A stretch of DNA of 64,000 nucleotides from Chrysomallon squamiferum (GCA_012295275.1 CM022665.1:744001-808000), one strand, 5' to 3'. Counted from the stretch's first letter, positions 27,177 through 43,600 are shown. The notes: generated by a model not told the origin, from the letters alone. Program-made: numbers and translations.

Positions 27177-29887
27177 TCTTATCAGTTGTCGGTTAAGTTT
27201 TCTTTCCTACATTCTTAATTCAAATATTTTTCAGGCGGTCGGAAATGGTCTGCTCCTGAAAAGAAATGTAAATTAGATAGATATTATTATTGTTATTACC
27301 ACTACTACTACTACTACTACTACTAATATTATTTCTACTACTATTACTAGTACTGTTATTATTGTATTTATTATTATTATTATTAGAAAATTCTAATCAG
27401 CCTGTATTTTATTTGTTCAGTCTAAAACGGAGCGGTAGTAGGTGGAATTGTCATCTCATTTTATCAGTATGCAAAAGCTGCAATATGTATTGATTGACTT
27501 TCTTTATTTAATTGATGCTGACTTAATTCAAACAACTGTATTTATTAGAGGCTGAACTAAATATTAATAACATTTTCTAAAAAGCGTTTAAAACAAGTAC
27601 TTCTGCTTTTTATCTATGGTTTCTCAACTGAATCAAATTTGCATAAAATGTTCTGATAAAGCAGATCAGAACATTTTTAATTAGTTTTCTAGTGAAAGAG
27701 TAATCATTAGTGAATCCAAGTGAGACTTCTTTCTTAATGAAACATAATCAGCTGGATCAGTAACTGATTCGTCTAGTTTCTTGTTAAATAATGTGTATTA
27801 TTTATTTCTTTATTAAGATTCACAAAAGATGTAAACAGTAGGTGTTTGTTTTTGTTGTTGTTGTTTAAACATCAGATGAATATCAGTAAGTATGTGCAGA
27901 TAGTTTCCGCGGTACACGAACACACAGTAAAGATTTATCGATTTATTACGACATGCTTGTAACCAGAAAATGTTTGAATCGTTATTTGAGACGACCGTGT
28001 ACTGTGTTTTTAAAACAGATTTTTATGTTTCAAGCACACAGTTGGTTACATAACTGATTCATACAAAACGCAAAACAGTGATATTGTAAATGCTAACAAT
28101 ATTTTGAATCACAATCTAATCAGGCAGTGTCTTTAGTTAATTCATAACAAATTTAATGACCAAATAATTCAGCACACTATTTATTTCATACAGCAGAGAT
28201 CTTTTTTCAGTGACTTCAGCTGGACTTGTAAGTATGATATGATTGTGGAATTAGTCCGCTGTTTTCTGTGATAGCTAACCGTACGTTAAAGAACGTGTTG
28301 CTGATCAACCAAAAGTGTAGCAGATCGAGAGGCGGGAGCGAATTTTTTTCATTACTTCTTAAGTCCTTAGCCTGCTTCTTAAACTATTTCAGTGTCTTTC
28401 TTTCACGAATATTTATCACTAATTTCTTATGTTTTTCGTCATTTTCGTCTAAACGTTAACGTATTCTTAACAAGAGGGGAACTCAGGTTTAAAAAGAGGG
28501 GTGGGTCTGTATTAAATACAACTTTGAAGACGAAATGTTAGTTTGATTATAAAGAAAAATAAAAGAGGACGAACCCGGTGTAATCACATTCACAGTAAGC
28601 ATCAAGTGAAAATGTTTGTACAAACTGAAAATACATATCGTTTATATCGGTATAGCATAATCAATGCAAAATTAATTTCACACCAAACAAATGTAATTCC
28701 CATACTGTTTGTATCTCAACTTCTCTTTAAGTGTAATTATCTATGTATGGGTATATGTGAGTGTGTGTGTGTGTATGCGCGTGCGTGTGAATGTGTGTGT
28801 GTGTTTGTGAGAGAGAGATAGAGAGAGAGAGTTATTAATTAAGCGAATAATTTTATAAAATGCCGACATTCTATTTTACAATTATCAGTTCTTCTCAAGT
28901 ATTCATTCCAAATTTGCTTATGTTAATCAAAATGTCTTTGTTGCGAAATGTTTTTAATTCTTTAAATACTAGGTTACTCTTGTCGCAAGATTAAACGTAA
29001 ACCAGTAGCAACTGATTATTAATTTGAACATTCAACTTTTACACTGAATGAATGCGTGTAAACTGATGCGAACCTGTTTTTGTACGTCGAATAATAATAC
29101 AATGCACACTTTATTTACGTTCTGTTAATGAATATAAAAGCTTTTCGAGTTAAAATTAATACGAATATAATATTGATTTTAAAAATCGGTTCCCTTGAAT
29201 GTATTATGATAAGGTTTTTTTACTATTTCATTAAAACTTACTCACATAAAAATTAAAATTGTTGTTAACTCATCTGTTTTAACAGAAAATAGTAACCTTT
29301 AAGATTCGAGTCAAACAGTTCAGATACATTTACATAGTTAAAATATTAGCAGTATATTCCTTTAAGACAGTCAACGCTGTTTTCACTTACCATGTATTAA
29401 TGAATACCAAAACTTGCTGGATTCAAATCAAAACATTTGCGATATAATCTGCACAAATACACTTGTAGTATTAACATCCAGCTGGACTGGTACTTCTTAA
29501 CTTGAGCCGGCACAATCTTGGTTTCAGAAGATTAGCAGTAAGCCGCGGCTTCGAGAAATTCTATTGGAGCGTTAAGTAAAATGAGAGGTTGTGTGAATGT
29601 GTTTGATGGGTGCCTAACAGTTTGTAAAAGGAATATGTAATTGTTATGCTAGCAGAGAAAGAAAAAGAAAGGAAAACGGTCTGAAGAGGTGACGGTATGT
29701 GGTGAATTTCTGATAATAAAACAGGAGTAAGTAATTAAGTCAGTGCGTAAGTAAAATTAATGAAAATAACACAAATAATAATTATAGTAACAATAATAAT
29801 AATAAAAAGAAGACGATAATGATGAACAAAAGCTGCAGTTGCAGCAGCAGCAACAACAACAACAACAATAAATAACAATAATAATAA

Positions 29888-29930
<43 letters not shown>

Positions 29931-32198
29931 AATAGGAACAGCAATAACATCAAAACCAAAAGAATTAATTGGTTGGTTTCAAATATTTACACCTTCACTT
30001 CAGATTCTCTCTCTTGGACAAAACATTTAAGATTCCACATTGTCTGCCCTGCAGAGACATGCTTGAACATTCAGCGGAGATAAACAAGCCCACCCTTAGA
30101 ACATTCTGTTGTTTACCTGTTAATGCTCGTTTATAATGTAATCGGATGTGTGCCGGTAGATGTAACTCAAATTATTAAACTGGGCTGTGGTTAGAGTCAA
30201 TGAACAAAAAGTTAGGATTAAATGGTAACTGTTTAGAAGTTAAAGATTAATTTATATATAAATAATAAAAAAATTAATAATAATAAATAAATTTAAAAAT
30301 AATAATAAAAATAGTATAACAAAAAAATAATCATCTGAAATTTTGTGGTTTTTACTTATTTTCATTTATTTATTTATTGTACAAAACTGACAATATTTTT
30401 AACTTCTCATATTTTATAGCCACTCTCGCCATCTATCGATTATTTTTAATGATTTTTTTCAGTTCAATTCTGCTTTCCCCCCACTAATCTCAGTCGCTGT
30501 GCAGTTTATACTCAACAGTTAAACGTCAGAAAAAAGTCAAGTGCTATCTTCACATGTGTCATTTTAAGCTGTTTAAGCTTTGTGTCAAATCTTGGGTTTT
30601 CTTTCTTTCTTTCTTTTCTTTTTCATTTTACTCTTTTTTCTTTAAACTTTATTTCATTTCATTCCATTTTATTTATTTATTTATTTTATTAGCAATGAAA
30701 TATATTTTGTTTTCTTATTTTTTTATTTTAAGTAGGTACCATTATATATAATTGAATAATTGTCCTACTTAAAAAAGTAATAATAACAATTAATACATTT
30801 TAAAATTAATAATGATAAAAAATAAATTAATTAATGAACAAATAAACCCTAAAACAAAAACAAATTATTGCTGTCTCAGATATGATGTATATTTTACTGG
30901 ATTATTTACGTAACTTTTTGAGCTATTTCCAATTCCAGCCAGATTTTCACCATACATCACTTTATACGTATTTGACAAAGTTCAGAAACAAGATCTTTTT
31001 CTGTTAATCTGTAAGAGTACCTTGAGTAGCGACTTTCTTCTTTCATATCATTATTATTACAGAAACGTAAAACTGACCCCTATAATAAGGTAAAAATAAA
31101 AATATAAAACTGTATTGAGGATCCACTGAATGTTCATTTATATATATATATAGTTAAAAAAAAAGAATAATAATAATAAAAAAGTTAAGTTAATAAGTAA
31201 AGTAAATAAGTAAGTAAGTAAATAAATATTATAGTGTATGTTCCCTAGATCGAGGGCTCAGTAAAGCTTTGAAAAACATTTGAAATGGCAGAGACTTATA
31301 GATTTGGCTGTGCATTAATATATAAAATTTCCAGTTGACACGTTACGCTGATTTTATGCTTGAATGATAAGCCTTGGTTATCGAGAGTTTTTAACAGCCA
31401 ATTATTTCGGGTGATTATTTTTGGCACGTCGATCAAGTTCACAAACATGTAGCGGGGAATATTTGGTAAAAAAAAAAAAAAAAAAAAAAAAATGATTTAA
31501 TCTTGTCTACAGAAAAAATAAATAAACAAAGAAATAATTAAAGAACAGACATAATAATAATAATAATAATAATAGTATTTTTTATTATTTAGTTGTATTT
31601 GTAATTATTTGTTAGAAATAATAAACTTTAAGTTTAAATGGTCGCCCAACATTCTTTAAGCATTTTTTGTTTATTTATTATTTGCAACTCAAAAATATGA
31701 ACAACACATACCATTTATTCTACTACTTCTGCTAATACTACTATCTCTACTACTACTACTACTAACTACTGTTATTATTGTTGTTGTTGTTGCTGTTGTT
31801 GTTGTTGTTGTTACTGTTGTTAGTGTGTCCATGTAATCGAAGTATAAAAATTACTTTGTGGGAAGGAATCGACATGCAACCCATACAGATTACATAATAC
31901 AGAAAAACTGCTGTGAGATCCACGAAAAATCCATAATGTTCTGAGTTTACATCTATCTTTGTTTAGCGTCGTCTCAAATGCACTCAGGTTAGTTCAGTAC
32001 AAACCATTTATCTCACCACATACTTTCCAAGATTTATTGATTGCCGTTTAAAACATTTGAGAATATTTTTATTGCCTACGAACCTCTCTCTCTCTAGATA
32101 TGTATAGAAAGTAGCATTATTTATATATATATATATATATTGCTACTTTCGTATCGTTGTCTCGTCAGGCAAATACACATGCCTAGAAAGAGACAGAG

Positions 32199-32311
<113 letters not shown>

Positions 32312-33470
32312 AACACAAACATCTTATTATATAAATAATATAATTTATTTTTTAAATTTTAAGATAAAATATTTCTTAGCCATTATTCCCTTTGACCTGA
32401 TATGCTGCTGTTCGATAACAACACTGAAATATGTTATATCTTTACAACATCGACATATGCTAGGCCGCGATATAAACATTACCCGGCTGACCAGTTCACC
32501 AAAAAACTTTCCGTCGCTAAAACCACCACTTGGAATGTTTCTTTGTTAACTTGTATTTAATAAACCTGCCGTAACAAAACAATTCTTAACAGTATTTGAG
32601 TTACCACCGTGTACGGAACATTAAATCACACTCGTAAAGGTTTAGATTAAAGAAAGGTATTTTTCTTGATGAAAATATAAAACAAATTATAATCGCATCA
32701 GTTTGAGCCATGGATTCAGGAACAGGTGTGGGTTACAGTCCACACCATCATAAACAACCCAGTTTTTAACGAGTCTAGGATTATTTTTTTTTCGTTTAAA
32801 AAAAACTTATTTTATCTTTAAAATTAAATTCAATAGATTGATGGTGCCACCATTTTTCTGAAAATTTGGTTCCGACCCTAATTTTTATTATTTATTTGCG
32901 TCTTTGACGTTTTCGGTTTATATCTGTTTAAGGAGCGTCTACTTTAAATGAAAAAACAAACAATTTTTTTTTCTTGCCAGCGGTATTTTAGTGTCAATCA
33001 TAAGATTAATGTTGACTCTGGCTGAAGAGATTTAAAATTAAGAACCTGTTGTTAATGTCGTTTACTTGTTTGCTTTGGTTTTAAATGTTTATGTTGCTGT
33101 AAGTGCCGGGTAATACTTTACAATAACAAGCTGAAGAATAATGACTCAGGACTTTTAATTGGAAAATTAACATTATTTTCTTTGATTTATAATTTTACTA
33201 TTGTTTTAAGCGGCGTGCAATTTACAAAAAAAAAAAAAAATAATAATAATAATAATAATAAAAATTAAAATTAAAAGCACCACTGAAAACGAAAACCATC
33301 AGTATTTATGCCTTAATAATAATAATAATAATATTAATAATAATTGTGTGTATATATGTGTGTTTGTGAAAATGCTAATAAATGTCATGAAATGCTTTTT
33401 CTGTATTGCTATAAGTGTTGTGAAATACTTTAAAAATTAAACCTATACAATCGTCTAGACTGTCGCAGAA

Positions 33471-33493
33471 ACACACACACACACACACAGAGT

Positions 33494-33557
<64 letters not shown>

Positions 33558-33582
33558 TATAATAATAATAATAATAATAATA
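33471..33582. repeat. (AC)n plus (AAT)n compound microsatellite
   Basis: Directly visible. Confidence 0.9.
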
Positions 33583-34011
33583 AGATTGTTTTATTGGTAA
33601 TAATTCCTCGTACACGGATCTGTTCAGAAGACAGTTCGGGAATAATACCATAATTTCTCATTGTTTAGATATTTAACAGCGATTTAATAACAATAATAAT
33701 AATACATCGTCATCCAGTCTGGTATATAAAATAAATCGTTCCAATACAGTTAGTTAACATTAAACAATATCCTCATTATACACACAGAAATGTTACTGCG
33801 CCTTAGAAAATGATTTAAAAGCTTAGAGTTTCCATCACACGACTTTTGTGTAATAATACGCCTTGCTAATTCGCTGCTTCGTTAATCTAATAAATCTTGT
33901 CCTTGGCTATTGTCCTAACCTAATACCTGGCTTTAGAAAGCAGTTTCATATCTGTTTGAGTAATCGAAAGATTGTTTACACCATGCAGATTTCCCTAGAG
34001 AAACAAACAAA

Positions 34012-34046
<35 letters not shown>

Positions 34047-34751
34047 ATTAATAAATAAATAAGAAATTTAAATTAAATAAATAAAAAGGATGGTGGTGTT
34101 TGAAAAAAACTAAAAAAAACTTGATCTGGGCTTGCAGTGGTTTAAGACACTGAGTGTAAGTTTTGTACATACGTAGATTGTTTCCAGTGCTAATTTTGGA
34201 GTTGCGGGACTGCTACATCATAACTTGCATTGCTCTCTGTCGAATCCTCTAAACCTGACCCTAACACTGACCCTAACTATCGCAACTTTTAGATTGTGTA
34301 ACCAAGACTGATATACTTGAATCTTCAGTGGAGGTAAAGATATTTCAAATAGTTTGTTTACTCACTGAAGGATGACATATAAACATACATAAAACAGTTA
34401 TTCAAGTACCTGGTATATGTAGTAAAATCTTAAAGCTATGTTAGTAGATTAAATGAACGTGAACTCACGGATGAGAATAAAATGGATAAAAGGGTACATT
34501 TGGTCATTAAAATCATCGTGTATTTATGTGTGCGTGTGCGTGTGTATGTGTATGTGTTTAAAGTAATTAAAACACACTCTTAAGATCTCTGTCGTTTCTT
34601 TCTAATCTCTGTTTATGCTATTAAATACAATTTAATAAAGGCTATAAACTTCTCTGATCCGATTTCATTTACTCTCATTTAAAACACAAAATCTAACACT
34701 TTATGTAGATATTATTGTGTGTATGTGTGCATGTGCTATGCAGGTTGTGAA

Positions 34752-34951
34752 NNNNNNNNNNNNNNNNNNNNNNNNNNNNNNNNNNNNNNNNNNNNNNNNN
34801 NNNNNNNNNNNNNNNNNNNNNNNNNNNNNNNNNNNNNNNNNNNNNNNNNNNNNNNNNNNNNNNNNNNNNNNNNNNNNNNNNNNNNNNNNNNNNNNNNNNN
34901 NNNNNNNNNNNNNNNNNNNNNNNNNNNNNNNNNNNNNNNNNNNNNNNNNNN
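34752..34951. other. Assembly gap (200 N)
   Basis: Run of exactly 200 N, consistent with a fixed-size scaffolding gap. Confidence 0.99.
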
Positions 34952-35039
34952 TATTTAATATTTAGTTAACTTGTACTAGAATAAAATATGATGTATTCAG
35001 CAAAATATAAATAAATAAATAAATAAATAAGATCATATT

Positions 35040-37560
35040 TGCTCCCTAGTTATGGGATTTTTCCTCAGCAGCGGTTCAATGGAAGAAGTCGCCATGTTTA
35101 TGTTTCTTTGTACGCGTAAGTTGGGTCACGTGATCGTTACGACCCTAATGACGACCGGATACGTTTTGTTGTCTGTTGTTAATATATCTTTGAGTTTCGA
35201 GCCTATCTTTTACAGAAATAACGTGATTAAATTTAGGTAAGTTCATAAACATTTAATAACAGTTTTGTATATCTATTAATTTATGTCTGTAAATGTACAT
35301 GTGTCTATAGATATATTTATACTTTTTTAAATGTATGACTGATTTTCAACGTACTTCGTTGTTTTACACTGTGTAAGTTTTCACAGCTAATAACGAAAAT
35401 TTCTCTCGTCGATTTTATTCATTGAAACATTCACGTAAAAACACGTAGACCTGAATTTAGCTAAAGGTTTTACTAACATGATCAGTGTTTGAAATAATAA
35501 TTACGTTTAACACATTTTATTATATTCAGATGGTAGAAAACTGCGTTGTTTTGTATTTGTTACAAACGACAACCAGACGGTCATAGAACAAAACATTTCT
35601 CTCCCTAACTTTTGAATATCGTTTTTGATAATAGTTAGGAGTTTATAGACAAAGTGCTAAAATAAAATATTTAAAATTATTAGATTTATGTTGCTAACAT
35701 TATAAAATATTTCCGTGTCTTTCTTTCTTTTCTGAAACCAGAACTTGTATTGTTCTGTGAAAAAAAGATCTCAGACATTATTAATCAGAACTGTACTGAT
35801 AAACTAACCACAGCCCTGTTAGACAAGGACATGCGCAGTGCGTGTCAACATTGGTTTGGACTTGTAGTTTAATACAATTGTAGTCGTAGTCACGTAAGTG
35901 ATATTAATAAACAGACCTTCGAGACAGTCGTTATCGATTACTGAAAGACGCTGGAGCAATAAGTTTTGTTGTCTTTTTTTTAATAAAACAATGTGTTTGA
36001 GTTGTTCTTTATAGAAATAATGTTATTAGGAATTTAGATAAGTTTAGAGATGATTAAATAACAGTTTCTCTATCCGAAATATTCATGTCTATATATGTAA
36101 TATTTTTTAAAACATATGGAAACCGATTTAACTTTACTTCCCTTGTTTTACGTTGTGTAGGGTTTTTCACAGCTGGTAATGAAGCTTTTTCTAGACGATT
36201 TTATTTCGATTCAATGACTGACATAAAACATGCGTTGATCTTGGATTTAGTTAAAAACTAATAATAATAAAAAAAGTTTAAAACAAGACCAGTATTTTAA
36301 CACATTAAATTTTAACTATCTTCAGATAATACAGAAAACGACATTCGTTTATTTTGAGCGAACGACAACGAAAAGGTCATAAATATTGACCCGTTTGTGT
36401 CGTCGACTTCTGAAGCATTTTAAAATAATAGTTAGGAGTGTACAGAGTAAGTGTTAAGAAAAATATTTAAAATTATTACCTTTTGTTACTAATATTATAA
36501 AATATTTATTTATTTTTGTAATACAGAAACCTCTAATATGCCTGACAAGATTAAAAGATAAAAATGTAGAAAACATTTGGTAATTTTTTCTTTTATTTTT
36601 ATTTTATTTATTAGCTTTTTTATTACGAACAGATAAATATATAAATATATTATATAAAATACATGTTTTATTTGATTCTTTAATTAAATTTGATTTAATT
36701 AGTTATTTGATTTAGTTTTGTTTGCTTATTTATATGAATTATATTTTTTATACTAAAACATGCATTTTTAAAATTTAAATAACAACTAAGTACTTCATGT
36801 GCATGACAAACGTTCTTGTATATTATTTTCCTATATGCGTGAATAAAATGTACCCAGGTTTTGAATAAACATTTGTAAGTCTTTTTTATTATGATATTAT
36901 TCTACTGGGCGGTATCAAAAGTTGCTGTTAGACACAGTATGAACATAACAGTTTTGCAGTTTAAGGTCTCTATATTCAGAATATTATGCAGAATCTGTCG
37001 TTGTTGTTGTGATAACATTTAGATCATGATGCATTCAGAGAAAATCGTCAAATTCTTCTGGTATCTTACAATTTAAATATGTTTTCTTTTATTTATTTAT
37101 CAGAGGAGGTATCGTTGAAACTTTACACCAGTTTCATAGTGCGGTAACAAAAGTGCTGTTACACACAATATAAACAGTATAGTGTTTTGGAAGTCGGCTC
37201 TGTGTATTAGAATATTACACAAGAGTCAGTTATTATCAGTGTGCTACCAGTTAAGATCAGTTCTATTTATGTCAGAGTTGGTTTTGTGGACAATGTACAG
37301 GAAGATCCAAACATATCAAATTGACCGCTGTTTTATAGCAAAGAGTATTCAAAGAAAAAAATGAACTGAGTTGGTCTTAATAAGGCACAAGACAAAGGAA
37401 GTTACTATAAGAGAAAGTTTGCAGTGTAAACAATATACCTAGTTGTAATAGGAATAATATTTAGTTAACTTTACTAGAATATAAAATACAATGTTTTCAA
37501 CAGATTATAAATAAATCAATAAACATGGAAACAAAAAAAATCAACAACTAACTAACTAAC

Positions 37561-37603
<43 letters not shown>

Positions 37604-40600
37604 ATGAATAAGTGAAGTTTAGTTAAAGTTAAATGAAATTAAATAATGTTTGTTAACTCGATTATATTTTTTCTTATTAGCGATTCAAAGTCGCCAAAAT
37701 TTATTTATATCACTTTTTACATGTAATTTCAGTCACGTGATCGTTACGACATCGAGGTGTCTGAGCTGTTCTTTACGGAAATAATTTTGATTCGGAATTT
37801 AGGTAAGTTTACAAAAAAAATTAATAACGGTTTTATGTATCTAGTAAGTTATGAGATTATTCTCAATAGCAGTTAGATTTCTGGAATGTTAACAAGTTTA
37901 TTTATATCACTTTTGTACAAGTAATTCGAGAACGTGATCGTTACGAGGTCGAGACAACCCGTATATATTGTGTTGTCTATTTTTTAATATATCGAAGAGT
38001 TTGAGCTGCTCTTTACAGAAACAATGTTAATAGGAATTTAAGTAAGTTTATAAATATTTTAACAACAGTTTTCTGTATCTAGTCATTTATGTGTATAAAT
38101 ATATATTTAAGTGTGCAGAGATATTTATACTTTTTAAATGTATGAAACTGATTTTAACATTACTTCCTTGTTTACGTTGTGTAAATGTCCACAGCTAATA
38201 ACGAAATTTTTCTCGTCCATTTTGTTTCGATCCAGTGAGTCACGTAAAAGATGCGTAGACACTGGATTTAATTTTAAAAGGTTCAATAATAAGCCAGTAT
38301 TTTTACATTAAATTGTTGCTATCGTCAGAAAAGAGAGGAAACGAACTTCTTTTCTAATTGTTAGAGCGACAATGAAAGGTTACAAATATTTAAAATTATT
38401 AGCTTTGTGTAGCTAAAATTATAAAATATTTCCCGCGTTTCAGTTTTTTTTTTTTTTTGTTTGTTTTTTGTGAAATTCAAACGTTTGCGGACGAAAATAT
38501 TTTCTGGAACGTTTGAGAACAGTGCATATAATTATTTACTACTCAGTATAATGTTAACTTTGCACTGCAGCATAATGTTTGCAAATAATTAAATCCGACT
38601 TATTAAAAAGTATTCTAGTTTAGGATTATCACTGCACATTGACAATAGAATATATTGTACTCTGCAAAATAAATTAAATAATAAATAAATAAATAAATAA
38701 AAATGCAGAAAAAATAAAGGAATAAAACACATAAAGGAGAAAATACATAAAAAAAATAAATAAAATATACACATAAAGCAATAACGAAACAAATAAAAGA
38801 AAAGAAAAGAAAAGAAAACATAAAAGAAGAAACAAATAAATAAATAATATAAAATGAAACAAAATAAAATAAAATAAAAAATGGTTATAGCCTAAGTAAT
38901 GAGATTATTCTCAATAGCAGTTAGATTTCTGGAAGGTTACCAAGTTTATTTATATCACTTTTGTACACGTAATTTGAGTCACGTGATCATTATAATGTCG
39001 AGATAACCAGTAAATGTTTTGTTGTCTGTTTCTTTACAGAAATAATATGATTAAGAAGTTGATAAACATTTTAATAACAGTTTTCTGTATCTAGAAGTTT
39101 ATGTCCGTAAATAAATATTTATGTCTGCATATATATCTATACTTTTTAAATGTATGAACCTGATTTTCACATTACTTGTTTACATTGTGTAAGTTTTCAC
39201 AGCTAATAACGAAAATTTCTCTCGTCGATTTTATTCGATTCAAACATTCAAGTAAAAAACACGTAGACCTTGAATTTAGCTAAAGAGTTTACTAACATGA
39301 TCAGTGTTTGAAATAATAATTACGTTTTAACACATTTTATTATATTCAGATAGTAGAGAAAACTACCTTGTTTTGTATTTGTTACAAACGACAACCAGAC
39401 GGTCGCAAACAAAGAACCATTTCTGTCCCTAGACTATTTGAATATCGATTTTGCTAATAGTTAGGAGTTTATAGACAAAGTTCTAAAATAAATATTTAAA
39501 ATTAATAGATTTATATTGCTAACATTATAAAATATTTCCGTGTCATTTCTTTCTTTTCTGAAACCGAAACTTGTATTGTTCACAAAAAGACGAAAAGATC
39601 TCAGACATTATTAATCAGAACTGTACTGATAAACTAACACAGCCCTGTTAGACAAGGACATGCGCAGTGCGTGTCATCATTGGTTTGGACTTGTTGTTAA
39701 TACAGTATAGTCGTAGTCACGTAAGTGATATTAATAAACAGACCTTCGAGACATTCGTTATCGATTACTGAAAGACACTTCAGGAACGTAAGTTTTGTTG
39801 TCTTTTTTAAATATATCAATGTGTTTGAGTTGTTCTTTATAGAAATAATGTTATTAGGAATTTAGATAAGTTTAGAGACGTTTAAATAACAGTTTTTCTC
39901 TATCCAGTAATCAGATATTCATGACTTTATATATAATATTTTTAAAACATATGAAACCGATTTTAACTTTACTTCCTTGTTTTACGTTGTGTAAATTTTT
40001 ACAGCTACTAATGAAGCTTTTCTAGGCGATTTTATTCGATTCAATGACTGACATAAAACATGCGTTGATCTTGGATTTAGTTAAAACAAATATAATAACA
40101 AAAAGTTTAAAACAAGACCAGCATTTTAACACATTAAATTTTAACTATCTTCAGATAATACAGAAAACGACATTCTTTTGTATTTGTTAGGAGCGACAAT
40201 GAAAAGGTCACAAATATTGACCCGATTGCGTCGTTCATTTCTTGAGTATCGTTTTTAATAATAGTTAGGAGTGTACAGAGTAAGTGTTAAGACAAATATC
40301 TAAAACTATTACCTTTTTGTTACTAATATTATAAAATATTTATTTATTTTTTGAACTACAGAAACCTCTAATATGCCTGACAAGATTTAAGTTAAAAAAT
40401 GTAGAAAACGTTTGGTAATTTTTACTTTTTATCTTATTTTTTATTTTATTTTTTTTTATTAAGTATATATATATATATAAAATACATGTCTTATTTGATT
40501 TTTAATTAAATTTTATTTAATTAGTTATTTTATTTAGTTTTGTTTATTTATATGAATTATATTTCTTATACTAAAACATCCATTTTCTAAATTTAAATAA

Positions 40601-43600
40601 CAACTAAGTACTTCATGTACATGACAAACGTTCTTGTATATTATTTTCCTATATGCGTGAATAAAATGTACCCAGATTTGAATAAACATTTCTAAGTCTT
40701 TTTATTATGATATTATTTCTGCTGGGCGGTATCAAAAGTTGCTGTTAGACACAGTATGAACACTTAACAGTTTTGCAGTTGGACTCTCCATATTCAGAAT
40801 GTTATGCAGAATCTGTCGTTGTTGTTGTGCTAACATTTAGATCATGATGCATTCGAGAAAATCGTCAAATTCTTCTGGTATCTTACAATTTAAATATGTC
40901 TTTTCTTTTATTTATTTATCAGAGGGTATCGTTGAAACTTTACACCAGTTTTCATAGTGCGGTAACAAAAAGTGCTGTTACACACAATATAAACAGTTTA
41001 GTGTTTTGGAAGTCGGCTCTGTGTATTAGAATATTACACAGAGTCAGTTATTGTCAGTGTGCTACCAGTTAGATCAGTTCTATTTATGTCAGAGTTGGTT
41101 TTGTGGACAATGTACAGGAAGATCCAAACATATCAAATTGACCGCTGTTTTATAGCAAGAGTATTCAAAGAAAATAAACTGAGTTGGTCTTAATAAGACA
41201 TAAGACAAAGGAAGTTACTATGAGAGAAAGTTTGCAGTGTAAACAATATACCTAGTTGTAATATGAATAATATTTAGTTAACTTTTACTAGAATAAAATA
41301 CAATGTTTTCAACAGATTATAAATAAATCAATAAACATGGAAACAAAAAAAAATCAACAACTAACTAACTAAATAAATAAATAAATAAATGAATAAGTGA
41401 AGTTTAGTTAAGTTAAATGAAATTAAATAATGTTTGTTAACTCGATTATATTTTTCTTATTAGCGATTCAAAGTCGCCAAGTTTATTTATATCACTTTTT
41501 ACATGTAATTTCAGTCACGTGATCGTTACGACATAGAAACGACCCATCTAACGCATCGAGGTGTCTGAGCTGTTCTTTACGGAAATAATTTGATTCGGAA
41601 TTTAGGTAAGTTTACAAAAAAATTAATAACGGTTTTATGTACCTAGTAAGTTATGAGATTATTCTCAATAGCAGTTAGATTTCTGGAATGTTAACACGTG
41701 TATTTATATCACTTTTGTACACGTAATTCGAGAACGTGATCGTTACGAGGTCGAGACAACCCGTATATATTGTGTTGTCTATTTTTAATATATCGAAGAG
41801 TTTGAGCTGCTCTTTACAGAAACAATGTTAATAGGAATTTAAGTAAGTTTATAAATATTTTAACAACAGTTTTCTGTATCTAGTCATTTATGTGTATAAA
41901 TATATATTTAAGTGTGCAGAGATATTTATACTTTTTAAATGTATGAAACTGATTTTAACATTACTTCCTTGTTTACGTTGTGTAAATGTCCACAGCTAAT
42001 AACGAAATTTTTCTCGTCCATTTTGTTCGATCCAGTGAGTCACGTAAAAGATGCGTAGACACTGGATTTAATTTTAAAAGGTTCAATAATAAGCCAGTAT
42101 TTTTACACATTAAATTGTTGCTATCGTCAGAAAAGAGAGGAAACGAACTTCTTTTCTAATTGTTAGGAGCGACAATGAAAAGGTTACAAATATTTAAAAT
42201 TATTAGCTTTGTGTAGCTAAAATTATAAAATATTTCCGCGTTTCAGTTTGTTTTTTTTTTTTTTGTTTTTTTTTTGTGATATTCAAACGTTTGCGGACGA
42301 AAATATTTTCTGGAACGTTTGAGAACACTGCATATAATTATTTACTACTCAGTATAATGTTAACTTTGCACTGCAGCATAATGTTTGCAAATAATTAAAT
42401 CCGACTTATTAAAAAAGTATTCTAGTTTAGGATTATCACTGCACATTGACAATAGAATATATTGTACTCTGCAAAATAAATAAAATAATAAATAAATAAA
42501 TAAACATATAAAAATGCACACAAAATAAATGAAATAAAACACATAAAGGAAAAAATACATAAACAAATAAATAAAATATACACATAAAGCAACAACGAAA
42601 CAAATAAAAGAAAAGAAAAGAAAAGAAAAGAAAATGAAATAAAACATAAAAGAACAAACAAATAAATAAATAATATAAAATGAAACAAAATAAAATAAAA
42701 TAAAAAATGGTTATAGCTTAAGTTATGATATTATTCTCAATAGATTTCTGGAAGGTTACCAAGTTTATTTATATCACTTTTGTACACGTAATTTGAGTCA
42801 AGTGATCGATATAATGTAGAGATAACCAGTAAATGTTTTGTTGTCTGTTTCTTTACAGAAATAATATGATTAAGAAGTTGCTAAACATTTTAATAACAGT
42901 TTTCTAGCAATTTATGTCCGTAAATAAATATTTATATTCTTTAAATATATGAAACTGATTTTCACATTACTTACTTGTTTACACTGTGTAAGTTTTCACA
43001 GCTAATAACGAAAATTTCTCTCGTCGATTTTATTCGATTCAAACAATCACGTAAAAAAACACGTAGACCTTGAATTTAGCTAAAGAGTTTACTAACATGA
43101 TCAGTCTTTGAAATAATAATTACGTTTTAACACATTTTATTATATTCAGATAGTAGAGAAAACTACCTTTTTCTGTATTTCTTACAAACGACAACCAGAC
43201 GGTCGCAAACAAAGAACCATTTCTGTCCCTAGACTATTTGAATATCGATTTTGCTAATAGTTAGGAGTTTATAGACAAAGTGCTAAAATAAATATTTAAA
43301 ATTATTAGATTTATGTTGCTAACTTTATAAAATATTTCAGTGTTATTTCTTTCTTTTCTGAAACCGAAACTTGTATTGTTCACAAAAGACGAAAAGATCT
43401 CAGACATTACTAATCAGAACTGTATTGATAAACTAACACATTCCTGTTAGACAAGGGCATGCGCAGTGCGTGTCAACATTGGTTTGGACTTGTTGTTAAT
43501 ACAGTGTAGCCGTAGTCACGTAAGTGATATTAATAAACAGACCTCAAGACATTCGTTATCGATTACTGAAAGACACTTCGGAAACGTAAGTTTTGTTGTC

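Noticed and set aside
34717-34965. ORFs spanning the N run
   Set aside because: Gap artefact.
38589-38862. Phe/Ile/Tyr-rich minus ORFs here and at 42360-42688, 46173-46510
   Set aside because: A-rich low-complexity tract in the 3.8-kb unit; frames are not preserved between copies.
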